From: Candidatus Aquidulcis sp.
GTDB taxonomy: Bacteria; Chloroflexota; Limnocylindria; Limnocylindrales; Limnocylindraceae
Length of the DNA stretch: 34,833 nucleotides
Assembly (NCBI GenBank): GCA_003670455.1
Contig: QWRK01000003.1
Location: forward strand, 1-34,833
Direction: 5' to 3'
The translations under genes and the position numbers were made by a program. Under the pieces are notes generated by a model that made no database searches, was not told the origin of the DNA, and saw only the letters and a program-made list of their open reading frames with translations. Shown here in pieces: positions 25,997-34,168 of the stretch (its first letter is position 1; every line of letters begins with the position of its first letter).

Positions 25997-26524
25997 CTAG
26001 GAGTTAATCGGCTCCGCGTTCTTTGCGGCGATCTTCAGCAGATCGCGCGTTAGCCGTTCCATCTCACTTGCTGGCAGCGCGCTGCCAAATCGCTCAGCGA
26101 CTGCAGCGAGGTGTGCCGGCGCAGCACCCTTGAATGCACGTAGGCCAAGCGGCGTGAGTGTTGCCCAGTGCACGCGGCCATCTTCGGTACAGCGGCGTCG
26201 TGTCACCCAGCCATTCACGGCGAGTCGGTCAATACGACGCGTGAGGCCACTCTTAGAGATGAGTGCGGCATCGGCAAGTTCGCTCATGCGGAGCCGGTAC
26301 TCCTCGGATCGAACGAGCTGCGCCATCACATCGAAGTCGGCGAGGCTCATTCCTGAAGCATCCATAAGCTCTGTGGAGAGGGCTCGCGTCACGCGGCCGT
26401 AGGCAATCAGGAGGGCGAACCAGGCGCGGGCGACCGCCGGATCAAGAAGTTTGGATGCGTCGGTGCCAAGCACTGCAGAGAGTGCTTCAATTTCGGCGCT
26501 CACTGGTTTGTTTGCTGTTGCCAT
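25997..26524 (-). CDS. MarR-family transcriptional regulator
   Basis: 'LRMSELADAALISKSGLTRRIDRL..GWV.R....DGR....LT..G'. Start is ATG 26524 or TTG 26548. Confidence 0.92.
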   Translation of the reverse strand: MATANKPVSAEIEALSAVLGTDASKLLDPAVARAWFALLIAYGRVTRALSTELMDASGMSLADFDVMAQLVRSEEYRLRMSELADAALISKSGLTRRIDRLAVNGWVTRRRCTEDGRVHWATLTPLGLRAFKGAAPAHLAAVAERFGSALPASEMERLTRDLLKIAAKNAEPINS

Positions 26525-26533
26525 TACTTGCAA

Positions 26534-26585
26534 TAGTTGCACTTGCAATCATTCTGGTCAAGGGGTATGGTTGCGTCTGCAACTA
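26534..26585. promoter_or_regulatory. Two MarR-type palindromic operators overlapping a sigma70-like promoter
   Basis: TAGTTGC-ACTT-GCAATCA (26534-26551) and TGGTTGC-GTCT-GCAACTA (26568-26585). TTGCAA (26543-48)-17 nt-TATGGT (26566-71). Confidence 0.75.
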
Positions 26586-26626
26586 CCTGGGCGTTCGCGC
26601 GGGGGTTGATATGAAGGGGGTCCACG

Positions 26627-27238
26627 ATGCCAGCAGCACGATTCAAGCAGGTGGCCGACAGCGCCAAGATCAATCGCGCCGTAGCGGCGTTGAACAAGCA
26701 CGGCTTCTCCGCGAAGGTCGTCGCCACTGGTGCCGACGCTAAGGCCGCTGTCCTTGCCCTGATCCCGGGAGGCTCGGAGGTCTTCACCTACACGTCGGCA
26801 ACACTCGACGCGACCGGCCTTACCGAGGCGCTGAACGCAGCTCCATATAAGAGCCTGCGCGACAAGATGTACGGCCTTGACCGCAACACACAGGGCGCAG
26901 AGATGCGTGCCATTGGCGCAGCCCCCGCATTCGCTGTTGGCAGCGCCAACGCCGTTACCGAAACGGGCGAGCTGATGTTGGCTTCTGCAACCGGTTCACA
27001 GCTCCCCTCGTACGCCTACGGCGCAGGCCACGTGGTCTTCGTTGTTGGCGCACAAAAGATCGTGAAAGATCTTGCTGAGGCGACAGAGCGCATCGCTACG
27101 TACACCCTGCCACTCGAAGATACGCGCGCACAGGCCGCCTACGGCGTAAACAGCGCGATCAACAAGACGCTGATCCTGCACGGCGAGATGCCAGGTCGCA
27201 TTGATGTGGTGATCGTCGCTGAAGAGCTCGGCTTCTAA
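26627..27238 (+). CDS. LUD-domain (LutC-like) protein
   Basis: 'GSANAVTETGEL..AS.TGSQ', 'VVGAQKIV.DL' and C-terminal 'EELGF'. Confidence 0.85.
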   Translation: MPAARFKQVADSAKINRAVAALNKHGFSAKVVATGADAKAAVLALIPGGSEVFTYTSATLDATGLTEALNAAPYKSLRDKMYGLDRNTQGAEMRAIGAAPAFAVGSANAVTETGELMLASATGSQLPSYAYGAGHVVFVVGAQKIVKDLAEATERIATYTLPLEDTRAQAAYGVNSAINKTLILHGEMPGRIDVVIVAEELGF

Positions 27239-27648
27239 TGCGCGCGGCGGTCGTACGCGGTGCAGCACTCGCCGCAGTTGTTAACCTCGCCATCTGGTTC
27301 GTAGCCGCGCTAGCGGGCGTAGTTCCGCCACTCGCCGAATCTGTACCGACAGTTGTTGGCGTTGCGTTTGCATCTGCTGGCGGCGTTGGTGCGGCTGGCA
27401 TGGTGGCGCGGATCTTTCTCAGTAAATGGCGCCGGTACCTGTGGGATCGCGCCGCACTCCTCGTCTTGCTCATGTCGCTCGGTTCGCCGCTCGGCTTGGC
27501 TCTGGGAGTGATTCCGGTATCGCCGATCGATCCAACGAACGAGCTATTGATTTCGTTCAAGGAGGGGATCGCCCTGATCTATGCGGTACTGCACTTCACG
27601 ACGTACTTCGCGGTGCAGCGCACGGTTGCCAAAGAGTTCAGTGCGTAA
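27238..27648 (+). CDS. Small hypothetical membrane protein (about 4 TM)
   Basis: TAATG coupling to the LUD gene, four hydrophobic segments and a His in the last helix. Confidence 0.65.
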   Translation: MRAAVVRGAALAAVVNLAIWFVAALAGVVPPLAESVPTVVGVAFASAGGVGAAGMVARIFLSKWRRYLWDRAALLVLLMSLGSPLGLALGVIPVSPIDPTNELLISFKEGIALIYAVLHFTTYFAVQRTVAKEFSA

Positions 27649-27725
27649 GTTCGCTTCAGAAGTTGAGCTGACCCGCTTGGGGTGATCCATCGCACTATCA
27701 ACGGCGCTCCGCTACGCTGCTGGGC

Positions 27726-28571
27726 ATGAGCTTTGATCCACTCGGTCCACTGCACGCACAGCCGCGACTGGTCACCTTCATGACCGACTTCGGCCTGCGC
27801 GACCCCTCCGCTGGGGTCCTTTCGGGCGTGGTGCTCGGCATTGCGCCGGAGGCGCGAACCCTCGACCTCACCCACGCCATTCCTCCGTATGACGTGGAGG
27901 CGGGGGCCGAAGCGCTCGTTGAGTCGCTCGTGCACCTGCCAATCGGCGCCCATGTGGCGGTGGTGGATCCGGGCGTGGGCACCCAGCGCCGGCCGATCGC
28001 CATTCGTTGCGGGCGTGGTGATGCCCTGATCGGCCCAGACAACGGACTCCTGCTCCCTGCCGCAGCGGCGCTTGGCGGCGCGGTGGCGGCGGTCATCCTT
28101 GATGACGAGCGCTGGTGGGGCTCGAGCCGCTCACACACCTTCCATGGCCGCGACCTCTTTGCCCCAGTGGCCGCGCATCTTGCCGCGGGGGTCCCATTCG
28201 GCGACCTCGGCACGCCGATCTCCCCGAGCGACCTTGTCCCAGCAACCAAGCTGCCGATTGAGATCGGCGCGGGTGTCTTGAACACATCGGTTCGCATCGT
28301 GGATGGCTTCGGCACGCTGGTACTGACGGGCGATCGCCAGGCGATTGAGGCGTCGATCGGCACCCTGACCTCTGGGGATCCGCTGAAAATCAGCGTCGGT
28401 GACCAGCAGCTGACGACCGTCTGGGCGAACCGATTCGGGGATGTGCCTGAGTCGCAACCCCTCTGCTACATCGATTCGGCTGGGCGGCTTGCCTTGGCAA
28501 TCAACCGCGGCAGTGCCGCCGAGCGATATGGTGCAGTCCGCCGAACTCCTGTGGTGATTACCCGCGCATAA
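27726..28571 (+). CDS. SAM hydroxide adenosyltransferase (DUF62 / SAM halogenase superfamily)
   Basis: 'TDFG', 'VVDPGVGT.RR', 'GPDNG' and 'TFHGRDLFAP'. Confidence 0.92.
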   Translation: MSFDPLGPLHAQPRLVTFMTDFGLRDPSAGVLSGVVLGIAPEARTLDLTHAIPPYDVEAGAEALVESLVHLPIGAHVAVVDPGVGTQRRPIAIRCGRGDALIGPDNGLLLPAAAALGGAVAAVILDDERWWGSSRSHTFHGRDLFAPVAAHLAAGVPFGDLGTPISPSDLVPATKLPIEIGAGVLNTSVRIVDGFGTLVLTGDRQAIEASIGTLTSGDPLKISVGDQQLTTVWANRFGDVPESQPLCYIDSAGRLALAINRGSAAERYGAVRRTPVVITRA

Positions 28572-28594
28572 CCCGGTTCCCAGCGCGCACCCCC

Positions 28595-28710
28595 TGCTAT
28601 CCTTCCGCTCGTGGGGGCATAACGTCGACGGCGCGCCGCGCGCCGATCACCGCCCCACCGTCGCACTGACGCTGTGTCAGATCGTCGCCAATAGCGGCTG
28701 TACAGGAGGT
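28595..28710 (+). promoter_or_regulatory. Extended -10 promoter and ~100-nt structured 5' leader
   Basis: TGcTATCCT at 28595-28603; hairpins GGCGCG-CCG-CGCGCC and CTGAC-GCTGT-GTCAG; GTGGGG...CCCCAC long-range pairing; SD AGGAGG. Confidence 0.45.
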
Positions 28711-29637
28711 ATGGATATGAGCACAACGCGCTCACGCATCGCAATCGGCCAGACCACACGTATGGCGGTCGTGGTCATGGCGATGGCAATGTTCCTCGCC
28801 GCCTGTGGCGGCTCCGCAGCTTCACCATCAGCATCTGTTGACGCTTCATGCGCAAAAGACACGTTGGCACTGAAGACCGCAGGGAAGCTCACCCTCTCCA
28901 CCGACAACCCGGCCTACAGCCCGTGGTTCCAGGGTGGCAACGAGGGCGCCACGGTGTGGACTGGTGATTACAACAATGATCCAGTAAAGGGTCAGGGCTA
29001 TGAGGGTGCAGTGGCGTACGCCGTTGCCGCCAAGCTCGGATTCACTGCTGACGAGGTTGTGTGGATTCACACCACCTTCGACAATTCGTACGCCCCAGGG
29101 GCAAAGAGCTTCGACCTCTACTTGGCTCAGGTCTCGATTAAGCCAGAGCGCGCAGAGGCCGTAGATTTCAGCAGCGGATACTACGACGCTGCCCAGGGTG
29201 TGGTAACGATCGAGGGTTCGCCAATTGCTGGTGCCACGAGCATTGCCGATCTCAAGACGGCGAAGCTTGGCGCGATGATCGGCACGACGAGCCTTGATGC
29301 GATCAGCGAGATCATCAAGCCAGACACGGAAGTCGCCGTGTTCAACACAAACGATGAGGCACTTGCAGCGCTTAACGGCGGCCTCATTGACGGCATCGTG
29401 ACCGACGTTCCAACGGCGTTCTACATGCGAGATGCGCAGCTCACGGGTGGCATCATCGTTGGGCAACTCCCTTCGGATGGTGGCGCTCAGGAGCAGTTCG
29501 GCTTTGTCCTTGAAAAGGGCTCAGCACTCACGGCCTGTGTCTCGGCCGCTGTCGACGCCCTAAAGGCTGATGGCACGTTTGCGGCACTGCTCACGGAGTG
29601 GATCGCGGATAAGGCGAGCGCGCCAGTCCTGAAGTAA
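28711..29637 (+). CDS. Polar amino-acid ABC substrate-binding lipoprotein (SBP family 3)
   Basis: Lipobox 'FLAAC', 'TDNPAYSPWF', 'SIKPERAEAVDFS' and 'GAMIGTTS'. Start may be ATG 28717. Confidence 0.9.
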   Translation: MDMSTTRSRIAIGQTTRMAVVVMAMAMFLAACGGSAASPSASVDASCAKDTLALKTAGKLTLSTDNPAYSPWFQGGNEGATVWTGDYNNDPVKGQGYEGAVAYAVAAKLGFTADEVVWIHTTFDNSYAPGAKSFDLYLAQVSIKPERAEAVDFSSGYYDAAQGVVTIEGSPIAGATSIADLKTAKLGAMIGTTSLDAISEIIKPDTEVAVFNTNDEALAALNGGLIDGIVTDVPTAFYMRDAQLTGGIIVGQLPSDGGAQEQFGFVLEKGSALTACVSAAVDALKADGTFAALLTEWIADKASAPVLK

Positions 29638-29649
29638 GCGAATCGCACG

Positions 29650-30456
29650 ATGACGGCGGCGAGGTCAGCCCGTAAGGGAACCCTCGTCGCCGTTATCAGC
29701 ACACTCGTCGTCGCGACGCTGCTCGCGATCTCCATCGGCTCATCGCCGAGCTGGCCACTCGTTCAGAAGGCCTTCTTTGACGGTACCTACTTCTCAACCT
29801 CTCTCCCTAACGTGATTGGCGCATTCGCCATCAACATCCAACTCTTCGTGCTGGCAGAGATCCTCATCCTGCCGATCGGGCTCCTGGTTGCCCTCGCCCG
29901 ATCAATCACCAGCCCAGCACTCGCACCTCTACGCATCTTCGCCACCATCTACACCGATTTCTTCCGCGGTGTGCCGAGCATCTTGCTCATCTATGTGCTC
30001 GGCTTCGGCGTGCCGGCGTTGCGTCTCCCTGGCGTACCGAGCGAGCCCTTCTTCTGGGCGCTGGTGACGCTGGTGCTGATCTACAGCGCCTACGTGAGCG
30101 AGGTCTACCGCGCCGGGATTGAATCCATTCACCCATCACAAGAGCGCGCGGCACGAGCGCTCGGCCTGACCCGCTTCCAGGCGCTGCGCTACGTCGTGCT
30201 GCCGCAGGCGCTTCGTCGCGTGGTGCCACCGTTGTTGAATGATTTCATTGGCCTCCAGAAAGACACGGCGCTCGTTTCTATTCTTGGTGTCGTGGAAGCC
30301 TTCAAGCAGGCGCAGATTTTGAAGTCGGCCAACTTCAACTTCACGCCACTCATGGTGACTGCACTCATCTTTTTGGTGATCACGATTCCAATGACACGAC
30401 TCGTTGATCGCCTCGCGGCGAAGGATCGTGCGACGCAGCAGGGAGGAACCCGCTGA
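29650..30456 (+). CDS. Polar amino-acid ABC permease (HisM-like)
   Basis: 'FFRGVP', 'SAYVSEVYRAGIESI' and 'QKDTAL'. Confidence 0.93.
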   Translation: MTAARSARKGTLVAVISTLVVATLLAISIGSSPSWPLVQKAFFDGTYFSTSLPNVIGAFAINIQLFVLAEILILPIGLLVALARSITSPALAPLRIFATIYTDFFRGVPSILLIYVLGFGVPALRLPGVPSEPFFWALVTLVLIYSAYVSEVYRAGIESIHPSQERAARALGLTRFQALRYVVLPQALRRVVPPLLNDFIGLQKDTALVSILGVVEAFKQAQILKSANFNFTPLMVTALIFLVITIPMTRLVDRLAAKDRATQQGGTR

Positions 30457-31241
30457 TGGCCCGCAAGGCGACGAAGCGGGTTGCAGCGGCGCCGGTGCTC
30501 GAGTTGCATGGTGTCTCAAAGCGCTACGGGCGCGCCCTGGTGCTCGACAAGATTGATCTCTCACTCGCGGAGCACGAAGTGGTCTGCCTGATTGGGGCCT
30601 CGGGTTCAGGCAAGTCAACCCTGCTCCGCTGCGCCGACCTTCTTGAGCCGATTGACGGAGGAAGCATCACGCTCGACGGTCGCACGGTGAGCGCTGATGA
30701 CCGCGATGCAGACGCGACGCGACGTCAGCTCGGGATCGTCTTCCAGGGGTTCAGCCTCTTCCCGCACCTCACCGCACTCGAGAACGTCGCCCTTGCGCCG
30801 CGCGTAGCACTCGGACTGACCGCCGCTGCGGCGGAGAAGCGTGCCCGCGCACTCTTGAAGCAGCTCGGGCTTGCCGCGAAAGCGAACGCGTACCCAGACA
30901 GCCTTTCGGGTGGGCAGCAGCAGCGCGTTGCCATTGCGCGTGCGTTAGCGACGGAGCCAAAGGTCTTGTTGCTCGATGAGATCACCAGCGCGCTCGACCC
31001 GGTCTTAGTTGCCGATGTGCTTGAAGCGCTGCGCGCACTCGCAAAGGGCGGCATGACGATGCTCATCGCAACGCATGAGATGGCCTTTGCCGCCGACGTC
31101 GCCGATCGCATCTGCTATCTCGAGGGTGGACGAATTGTGGAAGCGGGAAGCCCAGAGAAGATCTTTGGCGCACCTCGGGATCCGCGCACTCGGGCATTCC
31201 TGAAGCGGGTGCGCTCTGTTGGGGCCAGCGCCCTTCGCTAA
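30456..31241 (+). CDS. Polar amino-acid ABC ATP-binding protein (GlnQ-like)
   Basis: GASGSGKS, LSGGQQQR, LLDEITSALDP and THEM. TGATG overlap with the permease. Confidence 0.94.
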   Translation: MARKATKRVAAAPVLELHGVSKRYGRALVLDKIDLSLAEHEVVCLIGASGSGKSTLLRCADLLEPIDGGSITLDGRTVSADDRDADATRRQLGIVFQGFSLFPHLTALENVALAPRVALGLTAAAAEKRARALLKQLGLAAKANAYPDSLSGGQQQRVAIARALATEPKVLLLDEITSALDPVLVADVLEALRALAKGGMTMLIATHEMAFAADVADRICYLEGGRIVEAGSPEKIFGAPRDPRTRAFLKRVRSVGASALR

Positions 31242-31289
31242 CGGGCTGGTGGTACGCCACCAATAAGTGGTTCGCGATAGGGTGAACTC

Positions 31290-31829
31290 ATGAGCCGTAT
31301 GTATCGCGTCAAGATCGCCGGGCGTTGGACCGAGGCGCCGAAGTGGGCGCTGGACCTCCCATTTGAAGTTCGTCCGATGCGTGGCTTCACTGTTGCTGCA
31401 TGGCCAAACTGGCGCCCAACACTCGAGCTCCTCGCAAACGCCACCGCTCGTGCCAAGCGCAAACTTGAGTGGGTGCGCATTCACGACCACACCGGAACGC
31501 GCCGTGAACCATCGCATCCGTTTGGTTGGGTGATCACTGAAACGGGGGAAATGTTCCTTTGCTCGTACGACAAGGGGACGGCGTTGCACGAACTCGCGCA
31601 CCTCATCAGTGGCGATTCGCATGGGGATGCGTGGGCGCGGAAGTGCTTTGAGCTGCATCGCACCTGGTTACGCGGGGCGGCAATTAAGGCGGCTGACCTT
31701 GAGGTAACGCGCTATCTCTCGGGGCGACGTGAGTGGAAACGACGATTTGGCGAGCGGCCGCCGAAGCAGCCGGTGCCGAAAAGCTCCTGGGTTAGCGAGG
31801 GTCGACGGGCGGCGGCAGCAGCGCGGTAA
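31290..31829 (+). CDS. Hypothetical HEXXH (zincin/SprT-like) protein
   Basis: 'ALHELAHL' followed by 'HGDAW'. TAGGGT-6 nt-ATG. Overlaps the convergent GT4 by 38 bp. Confidence 0.65.
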   Translation: MSRMYRVKIAGRWTEAPKWALDLPFEVRPMRGFTVAAWPNWRPTLELLANATARAKRKLEWVRIHDHTGTRREPSHPFGWVITETGEMFLCSYDKGTALHELAHLISGDSHGDAWARKCFELHRTWLRGAAIKAADLEVTRYLSGRREWKRRFGERPPKQPVPKSSWVSEGRRAAAAAR

Positions 31830-33024
31830 GTCGCTGCACGTAAGCAGCACCAGCCGCCTCCCAACTGAGGCCGCCGTGAATCGCCGCGAGGCCAGACGCA
31901 ATGCGACTCGCGCGTTCTGCTGGATCTGACGCTAGTCGCCGAATCACCGCGGCCGCCTCCTCCGCACTCCCTGATGTGTAGCGTGCGACCGACGATTCTG
32001 GAACAAGATCGTCAAGCGTCTTGAGACGCGTACCCAACACCAGCCGGCCGCTCGCCATTCCTTCAAACACCTTGTTCGAGATTGAGAGATCGGTGAACTC
32101 GTCGAGACGCGTTGGTGCCAAGGCAATGTCGGCGCCTCGAATGAGCGCCGGCACCGCTTCAAATGGGACACGGCCCATGAATTCCACCGCATCCGCGACC
32201 CCAAGTTCTGAGGCAAGTGCCTGAAGAGCCTGCTCACGATCACCGCGCCCCGCAACAACCAGGTGCACTGGAAGCGGTGCTGGCGCAGCGCGCAGTAGCG
32301 CGACGGCGCGAATGATGACGTCGACTTCGTAGATCGGCGTCAGCGCGCCGGTATAGACAAGACGGAGCGTTCCGTCTGCCATCCATGTGCGATCGCTTGC
32401 TGCAGCGGCGGCGAATCGCTGCGTCTCGGGGACGTTGAGGAGGACTTCCACCGAATCTACGCGTCGAGGGGCGATCTTGATCAGCCGATCGCGCAAGCGC
32501 GGTGCCGTGACGAAGACCCAGTCGGCGATGGCAATAGAGCGACGTTCAGCAAACGCGACGAGCGAGACCATCGCCCGGGCGGCGACACGGGTGAGAAGCG
32601 AGCGCGACGATCGCGCGAAGCGCATGCGGAAGAGTTCGGGGGAGGCTTCGTGAAGATCCAGGATCAGCCCGATGCGGTGCCGGCGGCGGAGTGGGAGTGC
32701 CGCGAAGACGAGCCAGTCAGGGACGCTGTTGGCATGGACGACGTCGATCGGATGATCGCGGTCGATGCGGAGCAGCTCGCGTGCGGCCAGCACAGCGAAG
32801 CGACCGTACTCAACGACGTAGGTGCTGATCCCCGCCCCTTGGTGCCGCTGAACGGGCTGGCGGTAGAGCTGGGCACCGTCGAGCTCGCCTCGTGCGGGAT
32901 CGCCGTCGCGCTGCAGGGAGATGATGCTGACCCGCCAACCGGCGGCAACCGCGGCGCGGGCGGCGCGGCGAACGCGCGGATCTTCATCTACGTAGGAGTG
33001 CACCACGAGTGCCAGGTGTGGCAT
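31792..33024 (-). CDS. Glycosyltransferase family 4
   Basis: 'DPRVRR', 'DVVHAN', 'DLHE', 'YTGAL' and 'NKVFEGMASG'. Start moved to ATG 33024 after GAGGGG. Confidence 0.88.
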   Translation of the reverse strand: MPHLALVVHSYVDEDPRVRRAARAAVAAGWRVSIISLQRDGDPARGELDGAQLYRQPVQRHQGAGISTYVVEYGRFAVLAARELLRIDRDHPIDVVHANSVPDWLVFAALPLRRRHRIGLILDLHEASPELFRMRFARSSRSLLTRVAARAMVSLVAFAERRSIAIADWVFVTAPRLRDRLIKIAPRRVDSVEVLLNVPETQRFAAAAASDRTWMADGTLRLVYTGALTPIYEVDVIIRAVALLRAAPAPLPVHLVVAGRGDREQALQALASELGVADAVEFMGRVPFEAVPALIRGADIALAPTRLDEFTDLSISNKVFEGMASGRLVLGTRLKTLDDLVPESSVARYTSGSAEEAAAVIRRLASDPAERASRIASGLAAIHGGLSWEAAGAAYVQRLTALLPPPVDPR

Positions 33025-33126
33025 GGATCCCCTCGCCTTCTCTGAATAACTCTGGGCGATCGTAGCAGGGGCTCCCCGCGCATCAGGCACGCAGGCGGGG
33101 AGCGAAACCCGTAGACTCTCCCCCTT

Positions 33127-34107
33127 ATGGAACGCCGAAAGATCTTGCTGGACGCCGATGTGGGGATCGATGATGCGATCGCCATGCTCCACCTCGCTGG
33201 GCGCAGCGATGTTGAACTGATCGCCGTTGGCAGCGTGCACGGCAACATCCCCGCTGACCTTGCCGCCGTCAACGCTCGTCGCCTCCTCGAGCTCTGCGGC
33301 CTCGACGATGTGCCGGTCGCCTACGGTGCGCGCCGACCCATGGCGCAGCCGCTAGCCACCGCCGAGTGGGTGCATGGCGAAGACGGCCTCGGCAACACCA
33401 ACCAGCCGGCGCCGAAGCGCGGACCTGGCACGGAAGACGCGGTGTCGCAGATCTTGCGCCTCACCCGCGAGATGCCTGGAGAGATCGACCTGCTCGCCGT
33501 TGGCCCACTGACTAACCTCGGACTCGCCCTCTGCCTCGACCCGGACCTCGCGGGGCGTGTGCGCTCTGTGGTGGTGATGGGCGGCGCGATTGCTCACGAA
33601 GGTAATGCCTCCGCCACAGCTGAGGCGAACATCTGGCACGACCCCGAGGCGGCGAACCTTGTCTTTGGTGCCGAGTGGCCGGTGACCATGGTGGGCCTTG
33701 ATGTGACCCAGGTCACGCGCCTGCGCACCAAGGAGCTTGCTGAAATTGAGGCGATCGGCTCGGTGCGTTCGAAGTTCGCCCTCAAGGTGTTGAGCCACTA
33801 CCTCGACGTCTATCAGCGAACGTTCGGCACGCGCGAGTGCCCACTCCACGACCCACTCGCCGCCGGCATCGTCGCCGACCCTACCTACATGACGGAGTGG
33901 CTTGACCGCGCAGTAGAGGTGAACACCACCGGCCCAACCCGCGGCGCCACGATCATTGATCGTCGTGCCTGGATGGCGCCCGCCGCCGATGCTCGCGAGA
34001 CGCGTGAGCGCAACGGTGGCAAGGATGCCACCCCGCCACTTGTACGAGTGCCAATGAAGGTTGATGGTCCGCGCTTCGTCGCCGATCTGATCGCCTCACT
34101 CAAGTAA
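33127..34107 (+). CDS. Nucleoside hydrolase (IU-NH family)
   Basis: 'DADVGIDDA', 'HGEDGLG', 'GPLTNL', 'AEANIWHDPEAA' and 'LHDP'. Confidence 0.95.
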   Translation: MERRKILLDADVGIDDAIAMLHLAGRSDVELIAVGSVHGNIPADLAAVNARRLLELCGLDDVPVAYGARRPMAQPLATAEWVHGEDGLGNTNQPAPKRGPGTEDAVSQILRLTREMPGEIDLLAVGPLTNLGLALCLDPDLAGRVRSVVVMGGAIAHEGNASATAEANIWHDPEAANLVFGAEWPVTMVGLDVTQVTRLRTKELAEIEAIGSVRSKFALKVLSHYLDVYQRTFGTRECPLHDPLAAGIVADPTYMTEWLDRAVEVNTTGPTRGATIIDRRAWMAPAADARETRERNGGKDATPPLVRVPMKVDGPRFVADLIASLK

Positions 34108-34168
34108 GGCGCCCTTCTCGGCGCGACCGTGCCACGCTGCTGGCACGCACACCTGCCACACTACGAAC

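Noticed and set aside
27649-27725. CAACGGCGCTC upstream of the SAM hydrolase resembles the 3' strand of an SAH riboswitch
   Set aside because: The required 5' GAGGAGCGUUGC-like segment is absent, and the motif lies upstream of the apparent leaderless -10 (TACGCT 27713-27718), so it would not be in this mRNA.
27726-28571. Possible SAM-dependent fluorinase/chlorinase
   Set aside because: The Asp/Arg/His residues typical of DUF62 hydroxide transferases (VVDPG, RR, TFHGRD) are present and there is no biosynthetic cluster context.
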